From Muribaculaceae bacterium (GTDB taxonomy: Bacteria; Bacteroidota; Bacteroidia; Bacteroidales; Muribaculaceae), in NCBI GenBank assembly GCA_017396945.1, contig JAFQKI010000017.1, positions 27,967 through 91,966 on the forward strand: a stretch of 64,000 nucleotides of DNA, in the 5' to 3' direction. The notes beneath the pieces are model-generated. The model ran no database searches, was not told where the DNA came from, and saw nothing but the letters and a program-made list of their open reading frames with translations. Both the position numbers and the translations under genes were made by a program. Below, piece after piece: positions 34,623-44,962 of this stretch. Every line of letters begins with the position of its first letter. The stretch's first letter is position 1.

Positions 34623-35233
34623 AATTAATGAAAATGTACCCATCGAGTATCAATGATCGATATATGGATGAGGTTATCGATAAATTGCGCAACGGAGGGA
34701 TTATCATATATCCGACCGACACTCTATATGCCATAGGCTGCAATGCTCTTAACAATCAGGCGATAGAGCGCATATGCAAGTTAAAAGGGTTAAATCCTCA
34801 AAAAGAACATTTATCAATCATTTGTCATGACATATCTCAAGCATCGGATTATGCCCGCATCGATAACCGGGCATATCAACTACTGCGCGAGAGCCTACCG
34901 GGAGCATTCACATTTATTCTACCGGCATCGTCATCGCTCCCAAAGGCGTTTAAAGGGAGAAAGACAGTGGGAATACGCATTCCCGACAACGCAATTGCGC
35001 TTGAAATAGCCTCCCGACTTGGCAACCCCATAATGACAACTTCGATAGAGTGGGATGAAGATGCTCCGGAGGAAGCTTGTGATCCTCAATCAATAGCAAT
35101 GCGATATGAAAATGATGTCGATATAATTATCGACGGTGGTCAAGGTGACACAATTCCATCTACTGTAATTGATTGCACCGATAGTTCAAACCCTGAATTA
35201 ATCAGAGAAGGGAAAGGTTTATTATCAGAGTAA
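34619..35233 (+). CDS. tsaC: L-threonylcarbamoyladenylate synthase (YrdC/TsaC family)
   Basis: Contains GGIIIYPTDTLYAIGCNALN, PGAFTFILP, VGIRIPDN and STVIDCT. I placed the start at ATG 34619, which overlaps the upstream stop (ATGA). The track ORF starts at 34580. Confidence 0.8.
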   Translation: MKLMKMYPSSINDRYMDEVIDKLRNGGIIIYPTDTLYAIGCNALNNQAIERICKLKGLNPQKEHLSIICHDISQASDYARIDNRAYQLLRESLPGAFTFILPASSSLPKAFKGRKTVGIRIPDNAIALEIASRLGNPIMTTSIEWDEDAPEEACDPQSIAMRYENDVDIIIDGGQGDTIPSTVIDCTDSSNPELIREGKGLLSE

Positions 35234-35248
35234 ATTAACGTTTGTCAA

Positions 35249-36172
35249 ATGGATATAATCAGAGTCACATCACAAGAATACGCCAAGTTTGCCCCGGCAA
35301 TGTTACACATTTTTAACTCTACACAATTTTGTGAGTTGAATAAAGATAAATGTGATGCTGTTCACTATCTCATTTTGAAGGACTCAAAAGTGAGAGCAGG
35401 CATCATTCTTGGAGAACGTGAAGATGGGTTATATTCCCCATTTTCGGCTCCATTTGGCGGATTGAGTATCAAAACCGATGAGAAACTTGAGTTAATAACC
35501 AATGCCGTCGGCACACTCAAGAAATATGGCGAAGCATTAAATAAAACAATTAAAATCACCCTTCCCCCGGCAATATACAATGAAACCGCTATAACAAAAA
35601 TAGCTACCGCAGTACTATTGACAGGCGCAAAAATCACGCATAGCGACATAAATTATCACTATGAACTAAGCCGTTTCCCAAATTATAAAAACCACTTATC
35701 ACGCAACGCTCGTAAAAATTTCAAGAATGCGATGACCAAAGATTGGGAATTTGCGGTACTCAACAATAGCGACGAAAGCATCTCAATTGCATACAACATA
35801 ATCAAAGCCAATCGCGAAAGTCATGGTTATCCATTGCGTATGTCTTTGCAATCGGTCCTCGACACAACCAAAGTCATTCCCGCCGACTTTATGGTGTTGC
35901 GACTAAATGGTGAGGCCATTGCTGCCGCACAAGTTTTTCATGTCGCTAATGGTATTGCACAAGTAATCTATTGGGGGGATGCTCCGGGATATAGCGAATT
36001 GCGCCCGATGAATTGGTTTACTTACAAAATTTTTGAACACTATCACAATCTCGGATTGAGAGTACTTGACATCGGACCTTCTTCAGAAAAAGGAATCCCC
36101 TCCTTTGGTCTATGTGACTTCAAGGAAGGGATTGGCTGTATTCCTACACTAAAGCATTCTTTTTCGTTATAA
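35249..36172 (+). CDS. hypothetical protein, possibly a GNAT/FemAB-fold acyltransferase
   Basis: 307 aa. The two-lobed layout and the C-terminal half (AAQVFHVANGIAQVIYWGD...LRPMNWFTYKIFEHYHNLGLRVLDIG) resemble FemAB-like/GNAT_6 proteins. This is a weak call. Confidence 0.35.
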   Translation: MDIIRVTSQEYAKFAPAMLHIFNSTQFCELNKDKCDAVHYLILKDSKVRAGIILGEREDGLYSPFSAPFGGLSIKTDEKLELITNAVGTLKKYGEALNKTIKITLPPAIYNETAITKIATAVLLTGAKITHSDINYHYELSRFPNYKNHLSRNARKNFKNAMTKDWEFAVLNNSDESISIAYNIIKANRESHGYPLRMSLQSVLDTTKVIPADFMVLRLNGEAIAAAQVFHVANGIAQVIYWGDAPGYSELRPMNWFTYKIFEHYHNLGLRVLDIGPSSEKGIPSFGLCDFKEGIGCIPTLKHSFSL

Positions 36173-37336
36173 TGCCAAGCGATAAATTTCGGATGTTTCT
36201 TTTGCGGTAAGACGATAATATCCACCTATAGTCTCGCCCTTGTTCTCATGCAATTTTGCCACAAGCAAATCTATATCGGGATTTTCTACACCTAATTGGG
36301 CAAACGTTACAGGCAACCCTATTGAGGTATAGAATCGTTTAAGGACTTCAATCCCTTTCAATGCGGCTATGGTATCATCAGCTTCAACTATGTCAAAGAC
36401 ACGTCGAGCAAATTGAGCAACTTTCACCGGATGATTTTGAGCCATAAAAGTCATCCAAGCCGGAAACATGACGGCAAGTCCGGCACCATGGGTAACACCA
36501 TAAACAGCACTAATCTCATGTTCCATAAAGTGAGATACCCAATCTTCCTGACGTCCGGTGCCACATATCCCATTGTGCGCAAGTGTACCACTCCACATTA
36601 TGTTGGCACGAGCCTCATAATTTTCTGGCTCAGCCATCACCCGCGGAGCTTCGGCGATAATCGCTTTCAACACGCCTTCTGCCACTCGGTCGGTAATCTC
36701 CACTTCGGGAGTATTAGAAAAATAGCGTTCAAAAATGTGAGCCATCATGTCGGAAATCCCACTTGCGGTCTGATATGGTGGAAGAGTAAATGTCAGTTCT
36801 GGATTCATAATGGCAAATTTGGGGCGTAACGCGCTCTCAGTGCGTAGGCTGATTTTATGCAAGCCATCTAATTTGGTTATAACCGAATTTCCCGATCCCT
36901 CACTGCCAGCGGCAGGAATCGTCAATACAACCCCCAAAGGCATTGCCTCTTCTACAATCTTCTTTCCGGCATAGAAATCCCAGAAATCGCCTTCATAAGG
37001 CACTCCACAAGCGATTGCCTTAGCTGTATCAATAGCCGAACCACCACCCACGGCAAGAAGCCCATCGATGTTATTATCCCGACAAATTTTTATACCGTCA
37101 TATACCGGAGTATCAACCGGATTGGGCTGTATGCCACCCATTTCCAAGTATTCAATGCCTTCATTGTCGAGTGAGAGTTTCACACGATCGAGCAATCCGC
37201 TTCTTATAACCGAACCGCCACCATAGACAATCAGCACTTTCTTGACACCCATCCAACGGGTCAATTCTCCCGTTTTTGCCTCCACGCCACGACCAAACAG
37301 GTAACGCGTCGGGGTATAATAAGTAAAATCTTTCAT
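36167..37336 (-). CDS. iron-containing alcohol dehydrogenase (butanol dehydrogenase/YqhD-like)
   Basis: 389 aa. Contains VYGGGSVIRSG, AVGGGSAIDTAKAIA and the Fe-ADH histidine region (HGAGLAVMFPAW). Its 3' end overlaps the convergent upstream gene by 6 nt. Confidence 0.85.
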   Translation of the reverse strand: MKDFTYYTPTRYLFGRGVEAKTGELTRWMGVKKVLIVYGGGSVIRSGLLDRVKLSLDNEGIEYLEMGGIQPNPVDTPVYDGIKICRDNNIDGLLAVGGGSAIDTAKAIACGVPYEGDFWDFYAGKKIVEEAMPLGVVLTIPAAGSEGSGNSVITKLDGLHKISLRTESALRPKFAIMNPELTFTLPPYQTASGISDMMAHIFERYFSNTPEVEITDRVAEGVLKAIIAEAPRVMAEPENYEARANIMWSGTLAHNGICGTGRQEDWVSHFMEHEISAVYGVTHGAGLAVMFPAWMTFMAQNHPVKVAQFARRVFDIVEADDTIAALKGIEVLKRFYTSIGLPVTFAQLGVENPDIDLLVAKLHENKGETIGGYYRLTAKETSEIYRLAL

Positions 37337-37376
37337 TTCTTTTGGTTCTTATGATATTAAATTATAAAACTATTGA

Positions 37377-38597
37377 TCACTCTTCTTGAAGATCGTCATA
37401 TTTTTGAAATAAGAAATCGTTGTAGGGAAAACGTGATAGATGTATCTCCTTGGCTTTGGCATAAACCATTTCTTTTAGCTGTTCTATATTGAGTTGCTTT
37501 TTAGCCGAGATAAACACACAATCTTTCATTTTACCCATCCATGTTGATTTCAACTCATCAAGTGATATGTTTTCACGAGTGCGAGGTGTCAAATCATCTT
37601 CATCTTTAGGCTTATAAGTGAATGCATCCACTTTGTTAAACACCATAATCATGGGTTTATCCTTACTCTCACACACCTCTTGAAGTGTCTTATTCACAAC
37701 CTCTATCTGCTCTTCAAATTGAGGGTGACTTATATCCACAACGTGTAGCAACACATCGGCTTCACGCACTTCATCGAGTGTTGATTTAAACGAATCGACC
37801 AAGTGAGTGGGCAACTTGCGAATAAACCCGACTGTATCGGTCAACAAGAATGGCAAGTTTTCAATAATCACCTTGCGCACAGTGGTATCAAGCGTGGCAA
37901 ATAGTTTGTTTTCGGCAAAAACCTCACTCTTACTCAACAAGTTCATCAACGTCGATTTTCCCACGTTGGTATAACCTACAAGTGCCACACGAGTGAGTTT
38001 CCCGCGATTTTTACGCTGAACCGACTTTTGCTTGTCAATGTTTTTTAACTCCTCTTTTAGTCGAGAAATTTTATCGAGAATTATACGACGGTCGGTTTCT
38101 ATCTGAGTTTCACCGGGACCACGCATACCGATACCCCCACGTTGACGTTCAAGGTGAGTCCACATGCGTGTCAATCTCGGCAACAAGTATTGGTATTGAG
38201 CCAACTCAACTTGAGTCTTTGCGCTTGCAGTCTGTGCTCGTTTGGCAAATATATCAAGGATTAAACTTGTGCGGTCAAGGATTTTAACTTGCAATTCACG
38301 CTCAATGTTTGAGACCTGCTTGGTTGAAAGGTCATCATCAAAAATGACCATTCCAATCTCGTTCTCTTCAACAAAGAGTTTAATCTCTTCAAGTTTCCCG
38401 GTCCCGACAAATGTACGAGGATTGGGATAATCAAGTCTTTGGAGAAAACGATGAACCGTTACCGCACCGGCAGTGTCGGCGAGGAATGCAAGCTCATCAA
38501 GATATTCATTAGCCTTGGCTTCGCCTTGAGTAGGTGTAATTAGCCCTACAAGCACAGCCTTTTCGGTAGTTTCTTTACTTATTACTAAATCTTTCAT
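37377..38597 (-). CDS. hflX: GTPase HflX
   Basis: 406 aa. HflX N-terminal domain, a coiled linker, and a G domain (GYTNVGKST, DTVGF, NKVD). Confidence 0.9.
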   Translation of the reverse strand: MKDLVISKETTEKAVLVGLITPTQGEAKANEYLDELAFLADTAGAVTVHRFLQRLDYPNPRTFVGTGKLEEIKLFVEENEIGMVIFDDDLSTKQVSNIERELQVKILDRTSLILDIFAKRAQTASAKTQVELAQYQYLLPRLTRMWTHLERQRGGIGMRGPGETQIETDRRIILDKISRLKEELKNIDKQKSVQRKNRGKLTRVALVGYTNVGKSTLMNLLSKSEVFAENKLFATLDTTVRKVIIENLPFLLTDTVGFIRKLPTHLVDSFKSTLDEVREADVLLHVVDISHPQFEEQIEVVNKTLQEVCESKDKPMIMVFNKVDAFTYKPKDEDDLTPRTRENISLDELKSTWMGKMKDCVFISAKKQLNIEQLKEMVYAKAKEIHLSRFPYNDFLFQKYDDLQEE

Positions 38598-38687
38598 CTA
38601 TAATAAATCAATATACCATGCAAAATTAGCAATTTAAATGTTGATATTAAAATTTCACGTTATAATTAGTTTGTATAAATTATTTTG

Positions 38688-38695
38688 TAACTTTG
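38688..38695 (+). promoter_or_regulatory. candidate -7 promoter box (TAnnTTTG)
   Basis: taactttg lies 26 nt upstream of the ATG at 38721. Confidence 0.35.
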
Positions 38696-38720
38696 TGTTT
38701 CAATCAAAACACCCCAAATT

Positions 38721-39317
38721 ATGAAATATCTGTTTATTGCGTTGGCACTAATGACAACAATTCACACCATGAGTCAAGAAATCGCATTACCCCAACCACA
38801 AAAAAGTGGAGGAATGTCATTGATGGAAGCCCTTGCCAATCGTCAATCCACTCGCGAATTTAATCCCGATAGCAATCTGTCGCTCCAACAACTTGCCGAC
38901 CTATTTTGGGCTGCATGTGGGTATAATCGGGAAGACAAACTCACCATTCCCACAGCAATGAATCGCCAAGAGATTTCTGTATATGCCATTATGCCCGATG
39001 GAGCATATCAATATGACGCCAAAAACAACAAACTTGTAATGGTAACCGATGCCGACTTGCGCACACTCGCCGGAATGCAGGAATACTCTCACAAAGCATT
39101 CCTCAACATTGCCATCGTTAGTGATCGTGAGAAAATGCCACACGACATCTTTGCCGGAACCGATGCCGGAGCTGTGATGCAAAATATATATTTGTGGTGC
39201 GCCGCCAATGGTGTTGGCACAGTAACTCGCGGAAGTTTTGACGGCGAAACTCTTGGAAAAGCTCTTAAACTTGGAGAAAAACAACAAATAATTCTTGTTC
39301 AATCGGTAGGTTACTAA
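38721..39317 (+). CDS. nitroreductase family protein with N-terminal signal sequence
   Basis: 198 aa. Contains LMEALANRQSTREF and LQQLADLFWAACGYNR, typical of the nitroreductase/SagB-like fold. The N-terminus is hydrophobic. Confidence 0.7.
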   Translation: MKYLFIALALMTTIHTMSQEIALPQPQKSGGMSLMEALANRQSTREFNPDSNLSLQQLADLFWAACGYNREDKLTIPTAMNRQEISVYAIMPDGAYQYDAKNNKLVMVTDADLRTLAGMQEYSHKAFLNIAIVSDREKMPHDIFAGTDAGAVMQNIYLWCAANGVGTVTRGSFDGETLGKALKLGEKQQIILVQSVGY

Positions 39318-39333
39318 TCACCCTATAACAGCA

Positions 39334-42300
39334 ATGGAACACGAGCAAATCAACTCAGTCACTCCTCAACCGATTAAAAAAAGTCGGTGGAAAAAAACAT
39401 TACGCATTACATTGTGGACTCTGTTCACGTTAAGCCTAATTGCAGTAGGCTCGTTTGTCTCCATTCTGACCATTTTGACACCGGAGCGGCTCACTCCTTT
39501 AGCTGAAAAAATATCGTCTCAATATCTTCTTGCCGATGTTGAATTGAAAGGGGTAAAACTCACATTTTGGGAAACGTTCCCTCGACTTACGCTTGAAGTT
39601 GATAGCACAACAATCGTCAGTCATGGTCTTAAAGAAATTGATGACGAGACCAGACGCAAACTCCCTTCAAACGCCGACACATTGCTGACTCTCGGATATT
39701 TCCATGGAGGAATAAACCTCTCGCGCCTTGCGCTTGGAGAGTTGTCGCTATATGATATTGAAATTAATCGCCCAATGGTAAATCTTGTGTCAATTGATGA
39801 GAATACAAGCAATTTCAATATCATCCCTCCATCGGAAGACACAACCACCACTGAGCTACCGATTATCTCAATCGACCATTTCGCAATTAACGAGGCTCAA
39901 ACAATACGCTATTTCTCTCTATGCGACAGCATTGATGTCAAAGTGAAACTAAACACCACAATGCTTGACGGGTCAAATGCCCCCACCTATAGCCTTGCTT
40001 TTGAAAGCGATATTGAGACCCCATTGTTGGGGCAGTTCAACTTTAACCCATTTACATTTGGTCTCAACGGCTGCATTACATGGAATCAAAACGCGCCATA
40101 TAATCTCACTCTAACTGACTTTAAAGTAGATGCCGACATAATCCATGCTACTATTAACACCTCGTTAAACTTCAATCTTGCGCCCACCATTGAGACTTTG
40201 TCAATCGACTTTCAACCTATTGTGATTAATGACATCATTGCTAAAATACCATCGAAATTGCTTCCCGACTTAAGCACCTTTAGCACCAACGCCACTATAA
40301 AACTCGACATGGCATTGACTGAGTCGTTTAATCTTAACACCCTCGTTCCTCATGCGGTTATAAATATGTCAATTCCTAATAGTCATGTCAAATATGATAT
40401 GTTGGATTTTCATCGATTTGAGACTGATATTACCGCGACACTCAAAGGACTAAGTATCAACGACGCAACTATTGACATCAAGAAACTCAACTTCAATGGG
40501 ATGGGCATTAACAGCGCAATCACATGCCGATTGTCGTCATTATTAAACGACCCATATATCAATGGCACATTCAAAGGAGATATGAACATCAGTCGCCTAC
40601 CGCGATTTATCACCGATGCCATTAATGGAACTCTTAGTGGAAAAATTACAGCCAACACGCAATTTAAATTACGCAGAAGTTACCTTAATCAAAATCAGTT
40701 CCACCGCGCCTACATAAGCGGAGATGTAACTCTCAATGATTTCAGATATAATGCCTCTGACTCGGTCGATACCGATATTTATGCCAATGGCGCACAACTC
40801 AAATTTGGCACAAGCGAAAGTTTTGTGCGTGATACCCACCGAGCCGACAGCCTATTGGCGGTATCACTTAAAATAGATACAGCATCAATTTATCAAGGTG
40901 TTGTTCAATTGAGATTAAGTGGATTGAAGGCCGGCATAGGAGGAGACAACCGAGCATCAACATCAGCAGTTAATCACGACTCTACATTTGTAAATCCAAT
41001 CGGAGGGACTATCAGAGTAGAACGTTTTAACTACCTCAACACATCTGACTCCTCTCGAATGCGTATGCGCAACATATTCTGCTTTGCCACGTTGCGCCGC
41101 TTTAAGCAACAAGAACGTGTCCCTGAGCTGATATTAAAACTCACTGCCGGACGATTGAGCGCAGGCAATCGCTCAACTCGTATCAATTTAAGCGAAAGTG
41201 ACATTTTTGTTACCGCCCACTTAAAACCACGCCGTGAGATGCCTCCACAAATGAAACTTGCCTACGATTCAATCTCGAAATTGTATCCCAACTTGTCGAT
41301 TGACTCGGTATTTACTCTCACTCGCAAAGCAATATACGGCAATCGTCGACAACCTCGCATGACCAACAGCGAGATTGAAATGATGGATTTCGGGCTTGAC
41401 AACAGCTCCAAAAATCTATTCCGCCGTTGGGCATTACACGGAGAGGTAAAAGCAAAACGCGCACGCGTTTTCACCCCCTATTTCCCATTGCGCAATTCAC
41501 TTAGCAATATCAATATAGAGTTTAACACCGATAGTCTGACCATTAGTAATACCCGATATCGTGTGGGGCGCAGCGACTTCCTCATCAATGGTTCAGTCAA
41601 GGATATACGCCGCGCATTAACATCTCGTCGTGGAACTCCTATAAAAATAAACTTTGACTTGGCAAGCAATACTATCGATGTCAACCAACTCGCAGAAGCT
41701 ATGTTTACCGGAGCGGCATATTCTCAAAGTGACTCACTGAGTATTGACCTTGCTAACATTGAAGACGACGCAATGCTTGAAACCGCGCTTGAGCAACAAA
41801 CCGACACAACCGCGACAGGAGCATTGCTCATTCCGGTCAACATCAATGCGGCATTAAATATCAAAGCCAATAATATAATATATGGCAACATGCCCCTGAA
41901 GAATTTCTCAGGCAACATGCTCATATATGATGGTGCATTAAAATTTAACGATCTCACCGCCGACACCGATATAGGTAACCTAAATCTATCAGCTCTCTAC
42001 TCTGCCCCATCCAAGAGGGATATGAAATTTGGATTTGGCATGAAAATCAACGATTTCCACATTGAGAAATTCCTTGATCTCATGCCGGCAGTTGATTCCA
42101 TTATGCCTATGATGAAAGACTTCAGTGGTATCATAAACGCCGATATCGCCGCCACTGCCGATGTCGATACCGCAATGAATCTAGTCATCCCATCGCTCCA
42201 TGCGGCAGTGAAACTCGATGGTGACAGTCTCGTGTTGCTTGATGCCGAGACATTCAAGTTTTTGTCTAAATGGCTACTATTCAAAAACAAGAAAAACAAC

Positions 42301-42894
42301 ATGATTGACCACATGACGGTAGAGTTTATTGTAGAAAACTCTATGTTGGAAATGTTCCCATTCATGTTTGATATAGATCGTTATCGCCTTGGCATCATGG
42401 GACATAATGACCTTGCAATGAATTATAATTACCATGTTTCGGTTCTCAAATCCCCATTACCATTTAAATTTGGAATAAATCTATCAGGCAACATCGATGA
42501 TATGAAAATACGAGTAGGCAAAGCCAAGGTTAATGAAAATACAATAGGGCAACGCATTTCTATCGTTGATACTACTCGTGTCAACCTATTGCACCAACTT
42601 GAAAACGTGTTCCGTCGCGGTATTCGTTCAGCACGCTTCAATCACGTTAACATAAACCGACGCCCCGACCGCATTGATAACGACATGGTAGGTGACACAA
42701 TTTCTCGTGCCGACTCGTTGATTATGATAGAAAAAGGAATGCTCGATGCGCCGGCAATGCCTCAAGCAATTCCCGATGGTGATCGTTTTGACAAACTGCG
42801 TCGTAACAACGACACTCCCCCATCGTCAAACTCATCATTTGCCCCGCTTGCCATCTTATTATTAATCAGAAAACGTCGTCGCCGTGACATTTAA
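39334..42894 (+). CDS. large AsmA-family/TamB-like membrane-anchored protein
   Basis: 1186 aa with an N-terminal TM anchor (LRITLWTLFTLSLIAVGSFVSILTILT). The body is long, beta-rich and repetitive. Size and layout fit AsmA-like proteins of Bacteroidetes. I saw no catalytic motifs. Confidence 0.5.
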   Translation: MEHEQINSVTPQPIKKSRWKKTLRITLWTLFTLSLIAVGSFVSILTILTPERLTPLAEKISSQYLLADVELKGVKLTFWETFPRLTLEVDSTTIVSHGLKEIDDETRRKLPSNADTLLTLGYFHGGINLSRLALGELSLYDIEINRPMVNLVSIDENTSNFNIIPPSEDTTTTELPIISIDHFAINEAQTIRYFSLCDSIDVKVKLNTTMLDGSNAPTYSLAFESDIETPLLGQFNFNPFTFGLNGCITWNQNAPYNLTLTDFKVDADIIHATINTSLNFNLAPTIETLSIDFQPIVINDIIAKIPSKLLPDLSTFSTNATIKLDMALTESFNLNTLVPHAVINMSIPNSHVKYDMLDFHRFETDITATLKGLSINDATIDIKKLNFNGMGINSAITCRLSSLLNDPYINGTFKGDMNISRLPRFITDAINGTLSGKITANTQFKLRRSYLNQNQFHRAYISGDVTLNDFRYNASDSVDTDIYANGAQLKFGTSESFVRDTHRADSLLAVSLKIDTASIYQGVVQLRLSGLKAGIGGDNRASTSAVNHDSTFVNPIGGTIRVERFNYLNTSDSSRMRMRNIFCFATLRRFKQQERVPELILKLTAGRLSAGNRSTRINLSESDIFVTAHLKPRREMPPQMKLAYDSISKLYPNLSIDSVFTLTRKAIYGNRRQPRMTNSEIEMMDFGLDNSSKNLFRRWALHGEVKAKRARVFTPYFPLRNSLSNINIEFNTDSLTISNTRYRVGRSDFLINGSVKDIRRALTSRRGTPIKINFDLASNTIDVNQLAEAMFTGAAYSQSDSLSIDLANIEDDAMLETALEQQTDTTATGALLIPVNINAALNIKANNIIYGNMPLKNFSGNMLIYDGALKFNDLTADTDIGNLNLSALYSAPSKRDMKFGFGMKINDFHIEKFLDLMPAVDSIMPMMKDFSGIINADIAATADVDTAMNLVIPSLHAAVKLDGDSLVLLDAETFKFLSKWLLFKNKKNNMIDHMTVEFIVENSMLEMFPFMFDIDRYRLGIMGHNDLAMNYNYHVSVLKSPLPFKFGINLSGNIDDMKIRVGKAKVNENTIGQRISIVDTTRVNLLHQLENVFRRGIRSARFNHVNINRRPDRIDNDMVGDTISRADSLIMIEKGMLDAPAMPQAIPDGDRFDKLRRNNDTPPSSNSSFAPLAILLLIRKRRRRDI

Positions 42895-43630
42895 ATCCCA
42901 AATAATCAAATTTCTAAAAAAACGTCACTATCAACAAGTGCAACCATTGGCGGCACTCATTGATATGGACGGCACTTTATATGACTCCATGGGCAATCAT
43001 GCCGACGCATGGCATCGCATGGTTTCCGAAATTGGGATTGAAGCCACTCGCGATGAATTTTTCCTATATGAGGGGCGCACAGGTGCTTCAACACTCAATC
43101 TGCTATTTCGGCGTGCCTATGGTCGTGATGCCACACTCGCTGAGATAGAGGAACTATATCATCGTAAAACTCTATATTTTGCCTCTATGCCTCCGGTTGA
43201 GACGATGCCGGGAGCAAAGGATATGTTATCCACTCTACAAGAGTCTGGAATACGCCGAGTGTTAGTTACCGGTTCGGGACAAAGCACATTGCTCAATCGT
43301 CTCAATACCGATTTCCCGGGTGCGTTTCCGCAAGATATGCGCATATCTTCACGAGACGTAACCAATGGCAAACCACACCCTGAACCATATATCAAGGCGA
43401 TGCAACTCGCTAGTGTCAGACCATCTCAATCCATCGCTATTGAGAATGCTCCACTCGGAGTAAAATCGGCTGCCACAGCCGGAGCGTTTACCATTGCCGT
43501 CACAACCGGCCCAATACCTCGCAAGGAGTTGGAAAAAGCCGGTGCCGCAGTCGTGTTTTCTTCAATGCCGGAGTGCGCTCGGCATTTACCTACACTATTA
43601 CTCGAACTTCTCACCACAACTATAGACTAA
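42884..43630 (+). CDS. HAD-IA family hydrolase (beta-phosphoglucomutase-like)
   Basis: 248 aa. Canonical motif I LIDMDGTLYDS, motif II VTGS, and a K...ENAPLGVKSA region. Confidence 0.75.
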   Translation: MTFKSQIIKFLKKRHYQQVQPLAALIDMDGTLYDSMGNHADAWHRMVSEIGIEATRDEFFLYEGRTGASTLNLLFRRAYGRDATLAEIEELYHRKTLYFASMPPVETMPGAKDMLSTLQESGIRRVLVTGSGQSTLLNRLNTDFPGAFPQDMRISSRDVTNGKPHPEPYIKAMQLASVRPSQSIAIENAPLGVKSAATAGAFTIAVTTGPIPRKELEKAGAAVVFSSMPECARHLPTLLLELLTTTID

Positions 43631-43637
43631 TCTACTT

Positions 43638-44696
43638 ATGCAACAACTCATATTCACCAACGAGATAGAAACCGCTATTGACTCAATAGTCGCAACTCTT
43701 GAACCTAATAAAACATTTGTTCTCGTAGATAATAACACCCAACAACTTGTGTTTCCTCGACTTGCAAAATCAACAACATTGCGTGATGCCGAGGTTATCA
43801 CAATCAGCGCCGGCGACACCAACAAAAATCTCGACTCGCTCGTCCACATTTGGAGCGAGTTGGGCAATCGTGGAGCCACCCGCAAATCACTCATAATAAA
43901 CCTTGGAGGTGGAGTTGTTACCGACATAGGGGCTTTTGCCGGAGCAACCTTTAAGCGGGGGATCAAGATAATCAACTGCCCCACTACCCTACTATCAGCA
44001 GTAGATGCCGCCGTAGGAGGAAAAACCGGCATAAATTTCAATGGATTAAAAAACGAGATAGGTGCATTTCGCGAAGCCGAAGCCGTGATAATCTCGACCT
44101 GCTTATTTGACACCCTTCCACAAGAAGAGCTACTATCGGGCTACGCCGAAATGCTTAAACACGGGCTTATCTCCAATCGCGACACCTATAACTCGTTGCT
44201 CGATTTCAATATCAATTCCGCCGATACCGATCGACTACTTGAGCTACTGCAACAGAGTGTCAACGTGAAACGTCGCATAGTCAATGAAGACCCTACAGAA
44301 AAAGGCATCAGACGCGCATTGAACCTCGGGCACACCGCCGGACATGCGTTTGAATCACTCGCTTTGCATCGCAATCACCCAATTCCTCACGGCTATGCTG
44401 TCGCATGGGGGCTGATTGTCGAACTTGTATTGTCACACATGCAACTACAATTCCCGTCTGTTGAATTGCAACGTCTTGCAACATACATTTATGAAAACTA
44501 CGGCAGTTTCAATATCACTTGCGATGACTATCCCGCATTACTTGAATACATGCGACACGACAAGAAAAACAACTCCACATCAAGCATCAACTTTACTTTG
44601 CTTCACGATGTAGGCGACTTGAAAATCGATTGCATCGCCACCGAAGATGAGATAAAATCGGCTCTTGATATATTCCGCGATCTCTTCCACATCTAA
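43638..44696 (+). CDS. aroB: 3-dehydroquinate synthase
   Basis: 352 aa. Contains NLGGGVVTDIGAFAGATFKRG, VDAAVGGKTGINF, LNLGHTAGHA and HGYAVAWG. Confidence 0.9.
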   Translation: MQQLIFTNEIETAIDSIVATLEPNKTFVLVDNNTQQLVFPRLAKSTTLRDAEVITISAGDTNKNLDSLVHIWSELGNRGATRKSLIINLGGGVVTDIGAFAGATFKRGIKIINCPTTLLSAVDAAVGGKTGINFNGLKNEIGAFREAEAVIISTCLFDTLPQEELLSGYAEMLKHGLISNRDTYNSLLDFNINSADTDRLLELLQQSVNVKRRIVNEDPTEKGIRRALNLGHTAGHAFESLALHRNHPIPHGYAVAWGLIVELVLSHMQLQFPSVELQRLATYIYENYGSFNITCDDYPALLEYMRHDKKNNSTSSINFTLLHDVGDLKIDCIATEDEIKSALDIFRDLFHI

Positions 44697-44962
44697 AAAT
44701 TATACCCCGCCTGCGTCATTATATATTTATCATTACACCTCTGCTTATGGCTTGCTGTGTAACATACGACTAACGCTGGTATTTGACAAGACAAACCGCA
44801 TTGTCAACAATAAATGTACAGAATAAATGCGCCAAATATAAAATCAAGTTTAGCTTAGAATTGGCTTAAAAGATGGTTTTGTAGGAATTTGTAGGATATG
44901 TTGCTGTGATTTGGAGAATTTTATGTAATTTAGCAGTTTGAAAATCACAATGCAGAAAAATA

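Noticed and set aside
43598-44113. A 171 aa ORF antisense to aroB, and similarly a 188 aa ORF (55688-56254) antisense to pepD
   Set aside because: Both lie opposite strongly supported genes and have no motifs or promoter/terminator signals of their own.
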